The notes beneath the pieces were generated by a model. That model was given only the letters and a program-made list of their open reading frames with translations. It searched no databases and was not told the DNA's origin. The position numbers and the translations under genes were made by a program. A DNA stretch of 64,000 nucleotides from an uncultured Patescibacteria group bacterium (GTDB taxonomy: Bacteria; Patescibacteriota; Microgenomatia; UBA1400; PJMF01), in contig CAJQIG010000004.1 of assembly GCA_905478415.1 (NCBI GenBank), forward strand, positions 203,523 through 267,522, written 5' to 3'. Shown here piece by piece: positions 1-9,783 of this stretch (positions are counted from its first letter, which is position 1; each line of letters starts with the position of its first letter).

Positions 1-267
1 ATTGGGAACTCTGACTTTGAGAATTCCATCAACAGCCAACACTCTAGAAATTTCTACCACTACTTTGACAAAGTCATCGTAAATAAAATGTTCGAGAATA
101 TCTTGTGCAATAACTTCAGAAACACTGGCATTTTTGTAAGGAAGTGGCTCCGATACATCATGGAGCACATCTGGTTTGACTGCAGCCACTGCATCAATAT
201 TGACATACCCAGGCCGGTGATCCAGGCCACAGCCCAAGTTGAGTTTTTGTAGTTTCATTTTTTTCAT
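1..267 (-). CDS. Class I SAM-dependent methyltransferase; 5' part only, the 3' end runs off the window start
   Basis: Reverse-strand translation from the ATG at 267-265 reads MKKMKLQKLNLGCGLDHRPGYVNIDAV... LNLGCG is the SAM-binding motif I. The frame is open to position 1. The start is tightly coupled to the stop of the upstream glycosyltransferase. Confidence 0.6.
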   Translation of the reverse strand, partial: MKKMKLQKLNLGCGLDHRPGYVNIDAVAAVKPDVLHDVSEPLPYKNASVSEVIAQDILEHFIYDDFVKVVVEISRVLAVDGILKVRVPN

Positions 268-268
268 C

Positions 269-1321
269 TTACTCCAGGATACCCCACAAGGTCAGATACT
301 TATTGGCCATGTTTTGCCATGTTTGTTGTCTTGCCCACTTTGTAGCCACCAAAGGAACTGCTAGCACCTTTTGGAGCTTTTTCACTATCTCTTTTGGGGA
401 TTCTACAACTGAAATCCATTTTGCAAATGGGGTCTTTTGAAGATACTCTTTTGTCAGCAAGTTGTGGTACTGAGCAATAACAGGAGTGCCCCCACTCAGA
501 GCCTCAATAATTGCCAAATACCTCGATACAAAAGCAACCTGATAGTCTGGAAAATGTTGGTCTGCCTGAACTACAAAACCATGAAATGTAACTGATAGGC
601 CATGTTTCTTCACGTACTGTATTGCTTTCTCTAGCTCAGGACCATCCCCATAGACATCAAGATGCCAACTATCATTTTTGTCTTGTAAAATCTTTAATGC
701 TTGAAGGTACTTGCAAATTCCATTATCAGCTGCAACTCTGCCAACAAACACCGCTATCTTTTCTCTTACTTTGACTGTCTTTCTTGGATGTGTAGTAACA
801 GCCCCAAACGATACCATTGTTGGCTGTATCCCATACCACCGTTGATGAAACCCACCGATACAAAGATTGCCTCTAGTAAAAAAGGTTGCAATCTGTCTCC
901 ATCGTCGATGCCATTTTAATGGCAACTCAGTCCCCTGATACCCATGAAAAGTCATGAATATTTTTTTACGTTTATATATGAGTAGTGGCAACAACGGAAG
1001 TAGCCACCAAAAGACATCGTGGACATGAATAATGTCTGCCACAAATAACACAGAGCGGTGCTGCCACATTCCGCGCCAGATAGTTATTTTATGTAAGAGT
1101 TTTGTTGCAGTATCAACTGGTATTCGAAAAATGGTAACTGCATTTTTTTCTTCTGATTTTGCTAGGTTGCTTGCATATTGTTCAGTAAGAATAGTAGTTG
1201 CTATTCCAGTTTTTTGTAGTTCCGTAGCTACTTGTTCAAGATGCTTTTCTACTCCACCCACATGTGGCCAATAAAAATGGGCTAAATGAACAACAGTTGT
1301 TTTTGTACCTGTCCGCGTCAT
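269..1321 (-). CDS. Glycosyltransferase, GT4-like (family 1 fold)
   Basis: 350 aa. The N-terminus is GT-B like (HLAHFYWPHVGGVEKHLEQVA). The C-terminus has the E...EALSGGTPVIA sugar-nucleotide binding signature. Confidence 0.65.
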   Translation of the reverse strand: MTRTGTKTTVVHLAHFYWPHVGGVEKHLEQVATELQKTGIATTILTEQYASNLAKSEEKNAVTIFRIPVDTATKLLHKITIWRGMWQHRSVLFVADIIHVHDVFWWLLPLLPLLIYKRKKIFMTFHGYQGTELPLKWHRRWRQIATFFTRGNLCIGGFHQRWYGIQPTMVSFGAVTTHPRKTVKVREKIAVFVGRVAADNGICKYLQALKILQDKNDSWHLDVYGDGPELEKAIQYVKKHGLSVTFHGFVVQADQHFPDYQVAFVSRYLAIIEALSGGTPVIAQYHNLLTKEYLQKTPFAKWISVVESPKEIVKKLQKVLAVPLVATKWARQQTWQNMANKYLTLWGILE

Positions 1322-1354
1322 GCTGCAACCTTTTGTCAGTTTCTTGTCAGATAT

Positions 1355-3205
1355 ATGTCGTTAAATACGACTATGACTTCATTGTACTACAGGGCCAGCA
1401 CATCCCTGAAAGAAAAATTATTTCTTTTACTCTTACGAATAGTATTGTTATTACAGTGCCTCATACTTATCTTGTGGTTAGCAAAACCTGCACAGGCTCA
1501 AACCTATGTGTTTGAAGATGACTTCAGTGCCGGATTCAGCAAGTGGCAGCCAACAAGGGATAGTGGACAGTACTGGGCAATTCATAATGAGACACTTTTT
1601 GGCACCATTAACAGTGGCTTCACTCTTTCAGAACTTGTCCCTCATGATGATTTTTGGAACCCAGATTGGCACAACATTATTTACGAACTTGACTATACTG
1701 CCCTAACTGGTGCCGATAAAAATATTTCATTCCATTTCGAAAATGTTGCCAACTGGTATGAGATTCATTTTAATAGTTCGGGAACGGAAGTGCTGCGCCT
1801 CAAAGATGGGACTGTTCCTTGGAAAGCCCACCGACCCACAACCCTTCAAAACAATACACCCTACCATTTCAAACTCATTCTCAATGAGGGTACTATCAGT
1901 TTCTATATCGACTCAATTCTTATCTTTGAAGAAACTGATCCCACTTTCGATAATAATTATGGAAAAATTGGACTCAAGGCAACTGCTGGCAGTGTAACGC
2001 CCACTCAAATCACGATTGATAACGTCACTGTCTCTCTAATTGAAGAAACTGATCCTCGCTTAGGAGTCAAACGCATCTCCCAACTAGATCCTCAGTGGTC
2101 CTCACTCGAATATGATACGGGCACAACTTGGGCCCCAGATGATCCCAGCATTAGCGCTTGGGGTTGTGCGCTCTCGTCTATGGTCATGATTCTTGATTTC
2201 CATGGCATCACCAAATTCCCAAGTGGAGAACTCATTACTCCAGCTACTCTTAATGCATGGCTCCTCTCACAACCCGATGGATACATAGGAGATGGATTAC
2301 TCAATTGGCTGGCAGTTACGCGATTATCCCAGCAAATCAATCAAGTTTTTGAAACACCAAAACTCGAGTTTAGTATTATTCGTGACAATCTACTTACAAA
2401 AGCAACTTCAGAACTAGTCGAGTTCCTTCGACCAGTGATTATTAACATTCCGGGACACTTTCTAGTAGCCGAAGGCATCACTCAGGTAGAAAATCCAGAT
2501 TTCTATATTCAAGATCCTGCTTTTAGTTACACGCTCCTCAGCGAGCACGAAAAAGAGCCTCTTTCCCTTCGAACGTTTACTCCCAGTTTTACTGACTTAA
2601 GCTATTTTCTTATACACTCACCGGCAACAATCGTCCCCACGCTTGCCCTACAGAAAGAAGATGAACCTCTACAGCTCGACCTACAGACAGAAGCATCAAC
2701 TCTCACAGCTATTACCACTACTGAAGCTGGGACTGCCACCTTTTCCACTAGTTCTTCACCAGCTCAAACCTTGTTGTACCTTCAAAAACCAGATTCTGGC
2801 ACCTACATACTTTCTTTTTCCGGTCCTATCGGAAGCACATACTCTCTAGAACTTTTTCTCTATACTGCAGACGGTACTGCTCAAATTGAAACACTGACTG
2901 GCATCTTTGGACCAAGGTCAGAACAGTATCAACTCACATTTTTAAAAGCAGCCGGCCCGCAACTCCTCAAACAACTCTTCAATTCTGATGACCTCTCTTC
3001 TGACCTCAGCTATTTTCTCGAAAATAAATCTATCACCTCTCACTTTATCTGGTATGAGCTCACCCGGCTGCTCTCACTCTTCGAAACATTTCCAAAACAG
3101 ACTCAAGAACTTAAAAATCATTTCCTGACACTTCTTGCAGAGCATGCTACCGATTTTGAATCAGATACTCTTACCTATTTACAGGCCAAAATTAAGCTTT
3201 TATAG
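1355..3205 (+). CDS. Secreted two-domain protein: DUF1080/LamG-like N-domain plus a papain-like C39-like peptidase domain
   Basis: The ORF is open from 1286, but the first 23 codons overlap the GT gene. The Met at 1355/1373 is followed by a hydrophobic signal peptide ending AQA|QT. The N-domain reads YVFEDDFS..FSKWQP..WAIHNETL (concanavalin-like). The mid region reads WGCALSSMVMILDFHG, which resembles the Cys box of Peptidase_C39_2/BtrH. Confidence 0.45.
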   Translation: MSLNTTMTSLYYRASTSLKEKLFLLLLRIVLLLQCLILILWLAKPAQAQTYVFEDDFSAGFSKWQPTRDSGQYWAIHNETLFGTINSGFTLSELVPHDDFWNPDWHNIIYELDYTALTGADKNISFHFENVANWYEIHFNSSGTEVLRLKDGTVPWKAHRPTTLQNNTPYHFKLILNEGTISFYIDSILIFEETDPTFDNNYGKIGLKATAGSVTPTQITIDNVTVSLIEETDPRLGVKRISQLDPQWSSLEYDTGTTWAPDDPSISAWGCALSSMVMILDFHGITKFPSGELITPATLNAWLLSQPDGYIGDGLLNWLAVTRLSQQINQVFETPKLEFSIIRDNLLTKATSELVEFLRPVIINIPGHFLVAEGITQVENPDFYIQDPAFSYTLLSEHEKEPLSLRTFTPSFTDLSYFLIHSPATIVPTLALQKEDEPLQLDLQTEASTLTAITTTEAGTATFSTSSSPAQTLLYLQKPDSGTYILSFSGPIGSTYSLELFLYTADGTAQIETLTGIFGPRSEQYQLTFLKAAGPQLLKQLFNSDDLSSDLSYFLENKSITSHFIWYELTRLLSLFETFPKQTQELKNHFLTLLAEHATDFESDTLTYLQAKIKLL

Positions 3206-3219
3206 GGTATACTATTCAG

Positions 3220-4290
3220 GTGAAAAAAACTGGCAAAACATTCTGGCATACGTTTGAAAAACCTATCATAGGACTCTCTCCTATGGATGGCGTGACTGAC
3301 CAGCCGTATCGCTTCATTCAAAAAAAGTATGGCCAACCGGATCTTCTCTACACAGAGTTCACTAATGTCGAAGGACTCTGCCACGGAGCTACACAACTCC
3401 TCAAAGATTTTATCTATGACGAATCACAGCGACATATCATCGCCCAAATTTATGGAAAAACTCCCAAATACTTTCGTCAGGTTGCCACTATTGTCTGTGA
3501 ACTTGGATTTGATGGTGTCGATATTAATATGGGCTGTCCTGCCAAAACAGTTGCAAGTTCTGGAGCTGGAGCTGCACTCATAGAAAACCCAGAGCTTGCT
3601 AAAGAAATCATTGTTGCCACGCAAGCAGGGGTCACTGATTTTTTAAATGGAAAAAGAGCTAAGGACTGTGAAGATATTACTCCTCAAATGGCCGCCCTCG
3701 TTTCTCAGCGAGCACAATCTGTTCCAAAAGAGGTTGCCGAAAGAACCGCTATTCCCGTTTCTATCAAAACCAGAGTTGGCTATCATCAGCCAGTCACCAC
3801 AGAGTGGATCTCATTTCTCCTAGAGTTTGAACCTGCAGCTATTGCCCTCCACGGCCGTACCCTTAAACAACATTACACCGGCCTTGCCAGTTGGGAAGAA
3901 ATTGCAGTTGCTGCAGAACTAGCTAAAAAAACCAATACTATTCTTCTTGGTAATGGAGATATCCCGTCACTCTCAGATGCCAAGGAAAAAATTGCTACCT
4001 ACAATGTAGATGGGGTCCTCATTGGCCGTGGCAGCTTTGGAAATCCGTACATCTTTAAAAGTGAACCAGAATCCTCTGATCCTTCACTGACTCAAATTGC
4101 TCTCGAGCACAGTCTCCTCTTCGAGGAGACCTATGGTAAGGACGAACGCTATAATTTTCTACCCATGAGAAAACACCTAGGTTGGTACGTAAAAGGTTTT
4201 AGAGATGCCAAGGAAATTCGTATTGCCCTTTGTCAAAGTAACTCAGCCCAAGAGGTAAAAAATATCTTGATAGAGTATAATTTGATCTAA
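3220..4290 (+). CDS. dus: tRNA-dihydrouridine synthase
   Basis: TIM-barrel Dus signatures: MDGVTDQPYR, DINMGCPAKTVASSGAGAAL, and a GNGDI..GVLIGRG C-terminal region. Confidence 0.8.
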   Translation: MKKTGKTFWHTFEKPIIGLSPMDGVTDQPYRFIQKKYGQPDLLYTEFTNVEGLCHGATQLLKDFIYDESQRHIIAQIYGKTPKYFRQVATIVCELGFDGVDINMGCPAKTVASSGAGAALIENPELAKEIIVATQAGVTDFLNGKRAKDCEDITPQMAALVSQRAQSVPKEVAERTAIPVSIKTRVGYHQPVTTEWISFLLEFEPAAIALHGRTLKQHYTGLASWEEIAVAAELAKKTNTILLGNGDIPSLSDAKEKIATYNVDGVLIGRGSFGNPYIFKSEPESSDPSLTQIALEHSLLFEETYGKDERYNFLPMRKHLGWYVKGFRDAKEIRIALCQSNSAQEVKNILIEYNLI

Positions 4291-4294
4291 CCTC

Positions 4295-4368
4295 GGTCGT
4301 ATAGCTCAGTTGGTTAGAGCGCGCCGTTCACATCGGCGAGGTCTCTGGTTCGAGTCCAGATACGACCA
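4295..4368 (+). tRNA. tRNA-Val (anticodon CAC)
   Basis: Cloverleaf folded by hand. Acceptor GGTCGTA/TACGACC (7 bp), D-arm GCTC-AGTTGGTTA-GAGC, anticodon stem CGCCG/CGGCG with loop TTCACAT, T-arm TCTGG-TTCGAGT-CCAGA, discriminator A. CCA is not encoded. Confidence 0.85.
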
Positions 4369-4371
4369 CGT

Positions 4372-4965
4372 ATGAAAGCAATCTACCTAGTCCGCCACTG
4401 TGACTACTCAAATCCCCGCAATATTCTTGTCGGCAGACTTCCTGTTGAGTTATCGCCAACTGGTTTAAAACATGCCGAACGACTCGCCAATTATTTTAGT
4501 GATAAAAAAATTGAAACTATTTATTCTAGTGCAGTCAAACGCTGTCAACAAACGAGTGAAATTATTAGTAACAAAACTATTCCTATCAGGAATGACCAAC
4601 GGCTGCTGGAAACCTTTTCTGCCTATCAAGGGTACTGGGGAGGATTTAACAAAACAACTCAAGAGTTAGACTGGACTAAGTTCTTTGACCACCGAGAAGT
4701 ACTAGGAGGGGAAAGTGCACACGATATTCAAGCTCGAGTTGTCTCCTTCTTCACAGAAATCCTAACTCAGCCTGCAGAAACCATTCTGATCTGTTCCCAT
4801 GGTGACCCCTTATATCTGCTCTACCTTCATCTGATTGGAAAAAAGGATGTTTCAGATGTTGCTATTTATGGAGAATTACCTGACTATCAACCAAAAGGTT
4901 CAATCAGAAAAATTTCTTGCAAAAAAAATAACACTTTCGAGATCTCCCCAATTGTTGAACTGTAA
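4372..4965 (+). CDS. Histidine phosphatase family protein (phosphoglycerate mutase/SixA-like)
   Basis: N-terminal LVRHCD catalytic RHG-type motif. 197 aa is typical of the family. Confidence 0.6.
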   Translation: MKAIYLVRHCDYSNPRNILVGRLPVELSPTGLKHAERLANYFSDKKIETIYSSAVKRCQQTSEIISNKTIPIRNDQRLLETFSAYQGYWGGFNKTTQELDWTKFFDHREVLGGESAHDIQARVVSFFTEILTQPAETILICSHGDPLYLLYLHLIGKKDVSDVAIYGELPDYQPKGSIRKISCKKNNTFEISPIVEL

Positions 4966-4979
4966 ATGCTATACTTTTT

Positions 4980-6647
4980 TTGATGTCAGGCATGATCACT
5001 TCTCTGAAAAAATATATCTTGTTCTTGTTGGGCATCGGTATTCTCGTCTACGTACCATCATTCACTAATCAACTCTTTTGGGATGATGAACAGTTTATCT
5101 ATAACAACCAGTACGTTCAAACCTTTGATATCCCAAAAATTTTTAGCACCAACACTACTGCAGGAGCTGGAGAAGTAAGTAACTATTATCGACCTCTCAC
5201 AACTCTCTCATTTGCATTCGATTATCAATTTTGGGGAGTAAACCCAATTGGTTATCACTTAACCAATACGCTCTTACATACTTTTGCCGGTGTAGTACTG
5301 TTTCTTTTCTTATTGTCTTTAGGGATGGCGAAAAAACCAGCGGTGACCATTGCTAGTATCTTCTTACTCCATCCCCTTCAGACTGAAGCAGTTGTCTATG
5401 CAAATTCTCGAGGTGATTCATACTATACTTTGTTACTACTCTTGGGACTGCTCTCATTCTCACATCTAGTACAAAAAAAATACCTTACGGCAACATTTTA
5501 TAACTTACGTTTTACTTTTTCTAAAACTTATTTGAGAGCGCTCACCCTCGTTTTCTTTTGTACCAGCATACTAGCTAAGGAAATTGCGGTTGGGAGCGTT
5601 TTGCTTTACCTACTCACCTTTCTGTTTTTCTTGGTACAGAAAAAAACTACTCAAATTAAAACTGGCAGTGTCACTTTGTTGAGCCTGATCGTAAGTTTTT
5701 TTGGATACTTTGCACTCAGATCTTCTCTCCTACAGTTTCAAGAAAATACAAATTTCTTTGCGGGAAGCCCCTATGGTGATTCTGTTCTTGTTCGAATTGC
5801 CACATTTTCAAAGGTCGCACTCATCTACCTGAGATTGATAGTGGCACCATTCAACCTTCATATGGAACGCACTACAGAAATCGTGACTACTCTTGCTTCA
5901 CCATTTACTGCTGCACTTGTTTTTCTAATTGGCATCACTCTGTTTCTCGGCTCAATAGAGTGGAAACAAAAGAATAGTACTTGGATCTGGTTTGGCATTG
6001 TCTGGTTTTTTAGTATGCTTGGCCCTGTTTCTGGAATCATTCCCATAAACGACATCATGTACGAACACTGGCTCTATGTCCCCATGATAGGTTTCTTTAT
6101 TTCCTTGTATGGCTGTTTATCACTGCTTTTCTGGAAGCTAAAAAACCCTTGGCCTCAAGTGACTAATTATCTGGTTGGTACTCTCTTGATCTTCTACAGT
6201 GTGTTAACTATTCGACAAAACTACCTGTGGGCTACTCCAATTCGCTTCTACTCATACATATTGACGTTCCAAGAAACAGCCCGGATCAGAAACAATTTAG
6301 CAATGGCTCATGCTGAAGAAGGAAATTTGATAGAAGCTATCGATAACTATCAAAAATCAATTGCCCTCTCTGATATCTATCCACAAACACATTACAACCT
6401 CGCCAGAAGTTACATTGCCTTGGGTGAAAATGAAAAATCTCTCACAGAACTTGAGACAGCAATCTCTATGCAACCAAAGTTTTTCATTGCGTACCCATTG
6501 ATTATCGAAGTGTTACTAGAACAAAAACAGTTTGATGCAGCATCTAAATATCTGGGCATCTTTAAGGAAGAATATCCAAACCACTCGCTCACTGAGCAAC
6601 TAACGTTACTCCTGGAAAAAACCAAAACATTAGACACTACAGAATAA
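4980..6647 (+). CDS. Polytopic GT-C glycosyltransferase, PMT/TMTC-like, with C-terminal TPR repeats
   Basis: Multiple TM helices. The loop motif YYRPLTTLSFAFDYQFWGVNPIGYHLTNTLLH matches the conserved PMT/TMTC loop. The C-terminal about 150 aa are TPR-like (AMAHAEEGNLIEAIDNYQKSIAL..YNLARSYIALGE). Confidence 0.5.
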   Translation: MMSGMITSLKKYILFLLGIGILVYVPSFTNQLFWDDEQFIYNNQYVQTFDIPKIFSTNTTAGAGEVSNYYRPLTTLSFAFDYQFWGVNPIGYHLTNTLLHTFAGVVLFLFLLSLGMAKKPAVTIASIFLLHPLQTEAVVYANSRGDSYYTLLLLLGLLSFSHLVQKKYLTATFYNLRFTFSKTYLRALTLVFFCTSILAKEIAVGSVLLYLLTFLFFLVQKKTTQIKTGSVTLLSLIVSFFGYFALRSSLLQFQENTNFFAGSPYGDSVLVRIATFSKVALIYLRLIVAPFNLHMERTTEIVTTLASPFTAALVFLIGITLFLGSIEWKQKNSTWIWFGIVWFFSMLGPVSGIIPINDIMYEHWLYVPMIGFFISLYGCLSLLFWKLKNPWPQVTNYLVGTLLIFYSVLTIRQNYLWATPIRFYSYILTFQETARIRNNLAMAHAEEGNLIEAIDNYQKSIALSDIYPQTHYNLARSYIALGENEKSLTELETAISMQPKFFIAYPLIIEVLLEQKQFDAASKYLGIFKEEYPNHSLTEQLTLLLEKTKTLDTTE

Positions 6648-6651
6648 GTCA

Positions 6652-7338
6652 GTGAGTCCCGCTACAGTACTTGATACTGTGTCTTTTTTTCATCCATTAC
6701 GAACTATCGTCAGTGTTCTGCTAACACTCTTTTTTCCTCATTGTTGCTGTCTCTGCAAAAAGCCCTTCACTCCACTCTGTGAATCCTGTGCAGATAAACT
6801 AGATTTTTGCACCCAGTTTGAAACGAAAATTTTTTACCCCAACAACAAACTACAAGCTGTATGCAGGTTTGATCGAAATTCACAAAAAATAATTCATACA
6901 TTTAAGTATCAAAACATTAAAGACCTTGCTTTCTCCATTGCTAAGCTGATAGTGCTTCATGTTCCACTTCCCCCAACAGACTTCGTTACCTCTGTTCCTC
7001 CCGATCCTCTCCGGAAAAAACAGAGAGGCTTTGATCATACTCAGCTGATTGCTCAAACCATAGCCCAGTACCTAGATACACCATATATTGAGTGTTTTAC
7101 TAAAAAAGAACAAACGCAAGCACAAGCAAAAACCAGATCAAAGGCAGAACGAGAGCAAAATATCAAAAATGCTTTTTCGATTACCACTTCGTTTATAACT
7201 ACAGATATTCTAAATGGCAGTTCTATTCTGCTAGTAGACGATGTCTGCACAACTGGTACAACACTACAATACTGCAATGCATTGCTAGAAGAGTGTGGTT
7301 TCACCACCTCAAATGTAGTTTTCGCCGTCAAAATATAA
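6652..7338 (+). CDS. comF: ComF-family protein: zinc ribbon plus phosphoribosyltransferase domain
   Basis: N-terminal CxxC...CxxC ribbon, and C-terminal PRTase motif LLVDDVCTTGTTL. Confidence 0.65.
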   Translation: MSPATVLDTVSFFHPLRTIVSVLLTLFFPHCCCLCKKPFTPLCESCADKLDFCTQFETKIFYPNNKLQAVCRFDRNSQKIIHTFKYQNIKDLAFSIAKLIVLHVPLPPTDFVTSVPPDPLRKKQRGFDHTQLIAQTIAQYLDTPYIECFTKKEQTQAQAKTRSKAEREQNIKNAFSITTSFITTDILNGSSILLVDDVCTTGTTLQYCNALLEECGFTTSNVVFAVKI

Positions 7339-7412
7339 TTGCATTTTCCATGTATTCATGCGCCAAACTTGAACTATAATAACAGGACTAGAAAATCAAT
7401 TGCTAGGCCGCT

Positions 7413-8855
7413 ATGAAAACATCAATAAAAATTGTTACACCAGGAAATTTTGCACCACACAAACACTGGTATCCCAAAGCACTTAATGCTCAAATCCACC
7501 CGCTCGTTTCCTACTTTATGAATATGGATAATGAACGAATTATTAGACGCTTTGCATATCTTAACCCATCTGTAAATGCAGATTATTTGAGTACACTATT
7601 GCAATATAAACCAAAGTACTTCAAGTGGGCTGGAGCTGACCTAATGCACACCACCACCACTAAGGGTAAAAAACAAATTGTGGTGATCGAAACAAACTCT
7701 TGTCCTTCTGGCCAAAAATCATTTCCGCTGCTTGATGAAAATAAGGAACAGGGTGGCTACAAGGAACTCATTGAAAAAACATTCCTACCGGTCTGGAAAA
7801 AAAGTCCCATTAAAACAGGTATCACCTGTGTCTTCTATGACAAAAATGAAATGGAAAATAGTGGCTATGCCGCCACAATTGCTGATAGCATTAAAAAACA
7901 AGTCTACTTAGTCGAGTATCATGAAAATGAATATGGCCAAACTGTTCGCTACAACTCTAAAACTAAAACACTTGAACTGCTGCTAAAAGACACATGGACC
8001 CCCATTAGAGCTATCTTCCGCTACGTGACCCAAAAACCTTGGAATCGCCTGCCATTGTTCTCCAAAACTAAAATCTTCAATCCTGTGATAGCTTGCTTAG
8101 CTGGCGGTCGAAACAAGCTCATGGCTTCAAAAGCTTATGACTTCTTAAATGCAGAAATTGCTGAAGCCGGACTTAAAATTCAAACACCAACAACCATTTG
8201 GGATGTTAATAAGAATGAAATTCCCCTCTGGATAGAGAAATTTGGTTACAAAGGAGTCATAAAAATTCCGTACAGCAACGCTGGCCAAGGTGTGTTCACC
8301 ATTGTAAACAAGCAAGAACTGGACGCCTTTATGGAACTTGAAATTCCGTATCAAAAATTTATTATCCAGAGGTTAATTGGGCATTATGCCTGGAGTTCTC
8401 AACATGAAAATGAACTCTTTTTTCAAGTTGGAACCATGCCAAGCAAACGCGGCAACAGCTATGTGTTTGACCTTAGAATGCTCGTCCACCATACCCCAGA
8501 AGGCATGAGGCCTCTTGGTTTATACAGTCGAAAAGCTGGCCTCCCCCTTACCGCAGATATTTCTGGAAAAGAATCAAAAGATGTCCTCATGACCAATCTT
8601 TCTGTCAAAAACGATGATGGTAGCTGGGATAGCGATGTCAGTAGACTGCTCCTCATGGATCAGCGTGACTTCAACAAAATTGGCATGAGCCTCGATGACT
8701 TAATTGAAGGCTATGTCCAGTCGGTACTCTGTGTCATTGCCATTGATAAAATGGCTCAACGATTAGTAAGTACTAAAAAGACATTTAAGAAAAAATTATT
8801 TACCTCACTTAATGATGATGAAACATTACTCAAGGAACTCTTCTCCCATGAGTAA
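7413..8855 (+). CDS. ATP-grasp-like ligase (YheC/YheD/TTL-like), function unknown
   Basis: 480 aa. Contains IKIPYSNAGQGVFTIV and FDLRMLVHH, typical of ATP-grasp B/C subdomains. The stop overlaps the next gene's start (ATGAGTAA). Confidence 0.4.
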   Translation: MKTSIKIVTPGNFAPHKHWYPKALNAQIHPLVSYFMNMDNERIIRRFAYLNPSVNADYLSTLLQYKPKYFKWAGADLMHTTTTKGKKQIVVIETNSCPSGQKSFPLLDENKEQGGYKELIEKTFLPVWKKSPIKTGITCVFYDKNEMENSGYAATIADSIKKQVYLVEYHENEYGQTVRYNSKTKTLELLLKDTWTPIRAIFRYVTQKPWNRLPLFSKTKIFNPVIACLAGGRNKLMASKAYDFLNAEIAEAGLKIQTPTTIWDVNKNEIPLWIEKFGYKGVIKIPYSNAGQGVFTIVNKQELDAFMELEIPYQKFIIQRLIGHYAWSSQHENELFFQVGTMPSKRGNSYVFDLRMLVHHTPEGMRPLGLYSRKAGLPLTADISGKESKDVLMTNLSVKNDDGSWDSDVSRLLLMDQRDFNKIGMSLDDLIEGYVQSVLCVIAIDKMAQRLVSTKKTFKKKLFTSLNDDETLLKELFSHE

Positions 8856-9738
8856 AACACCTTTTGGATGGCTTCTGGTTACAAAACATTCAAACGAGTA
8901 TAAAAAAAGACGTTTGATCGAAGAAGCTGAAAGAGCAGCTATCGATTTGCGAGTTGTCACTCCAGACCAATTTTTACTCCAAAGCACTTCTTCAAAAAAT
9001 GTGATCAGAGACATTCAGACAGGCACTCCAATCGAGGAACTGCCTACATTCGTAATTTCTTTAGTAGTAGTTGAGGAAAAAGATCCACAGGCATTTGTTC
9101 TGATGGAGCACCTTGCTGCTCTAGACTTATTACTCATCAATAACCCAACATCTGTCAGACATGCAAATGACAAAATGGCTACCTATCGAACTGCTGCTAA
9201 GATGCAAATCAGAATACCCACCACTTTTCTGCACATTCCAGGAACACTACTGACTCTGCAGGAGCACATTCAGTATCCCTGTGTCATAAAACCAAATAAA
9301 GGCCTGAAGGGAACAGGAGTAGAACTAGTACAAAATGTAGAAGATCTGACAACACACCTCAATACAGTCTCAGAACCAACACTAGTCCAAGAAGCCATTG
9401 CCGAAAGTAGCGGAAAAGATGTTCGTGTTCTTATGTTGGGAAATAAACCATTAGGATCCATGCTCCGAGAAAGTAACACTTCATTTACTTCAAATATTGC
9501 TACCGGGGGCTCTGCGAAAATGACAACTATTAATCCAAGCTACGTAGACATTGCCACTGCGCTCTTAAAAAAAATGACTATTACCTTCGGCTCAGTGGAC
9601 TTTCTCTATGGGAAAGATGAAATGGTGCTCTGTGAAGTAAATGCTAACCCGGGATTGAAAATGTTTGAAGCCGTCAGCAATCGTAATATCGCAAAAGAAA
9701 TTCTTCTCTACTGCACTAAACAAAGTCATACAAGCTGA
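8848..9738 (+). CDS. RimK-like ATP-grasp ligase (alpha-L-glutamate ligase family)
   Basis: Contains VIKPNKGLKGTGVELV, DVRVLMLGNKPLGSMLRE and MVLCEVNANPG, which are RimK/GshB-type ATP-grasp motifs. The start at 8848 is coupled to the upstream ATP-grasp gene. Confidence 0.6.
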   Translation: MSKTPFGWLLVTKHSNEYKKRRLIEEAERAAIDLRVVTPDQFLLQSTSSKNVIRDIQTGTPIEELPTFVISLVVVEEKDPQAFVLMEHLAALDLLLINNPTSVRHANDKMATYRTAAKMQIRIPTTFLHIPGTLLTLQEHIQYPCVIKPNKGLKGTGVELVQNVEDLTTHLNTVSEPTLVQEAIAESSGKDVRVLMLGNKPLGSMLRESNTSFTSNIATGGSAKMTTINPSYVDIATALLKKMTITFGSVDFLYGKDEMVLCEVNANPGLKMFEAVSNRNIAKEILLYCTKQSHTS

Positions 9739-9783
9739 AAAAAACCTCTTTTTCTGCTATAATAACCTCATAATCTAAAAAGT

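Noticed and set aside
1286-1354. Upstream extension of the 639-aa ORF (MNNSCFCTCPRH...)
   Set aside because: It overlaps the GT4 gene on the opposite strand and precedes the signal peptide. The Met at 1355 or 1373 is the more plausible start.
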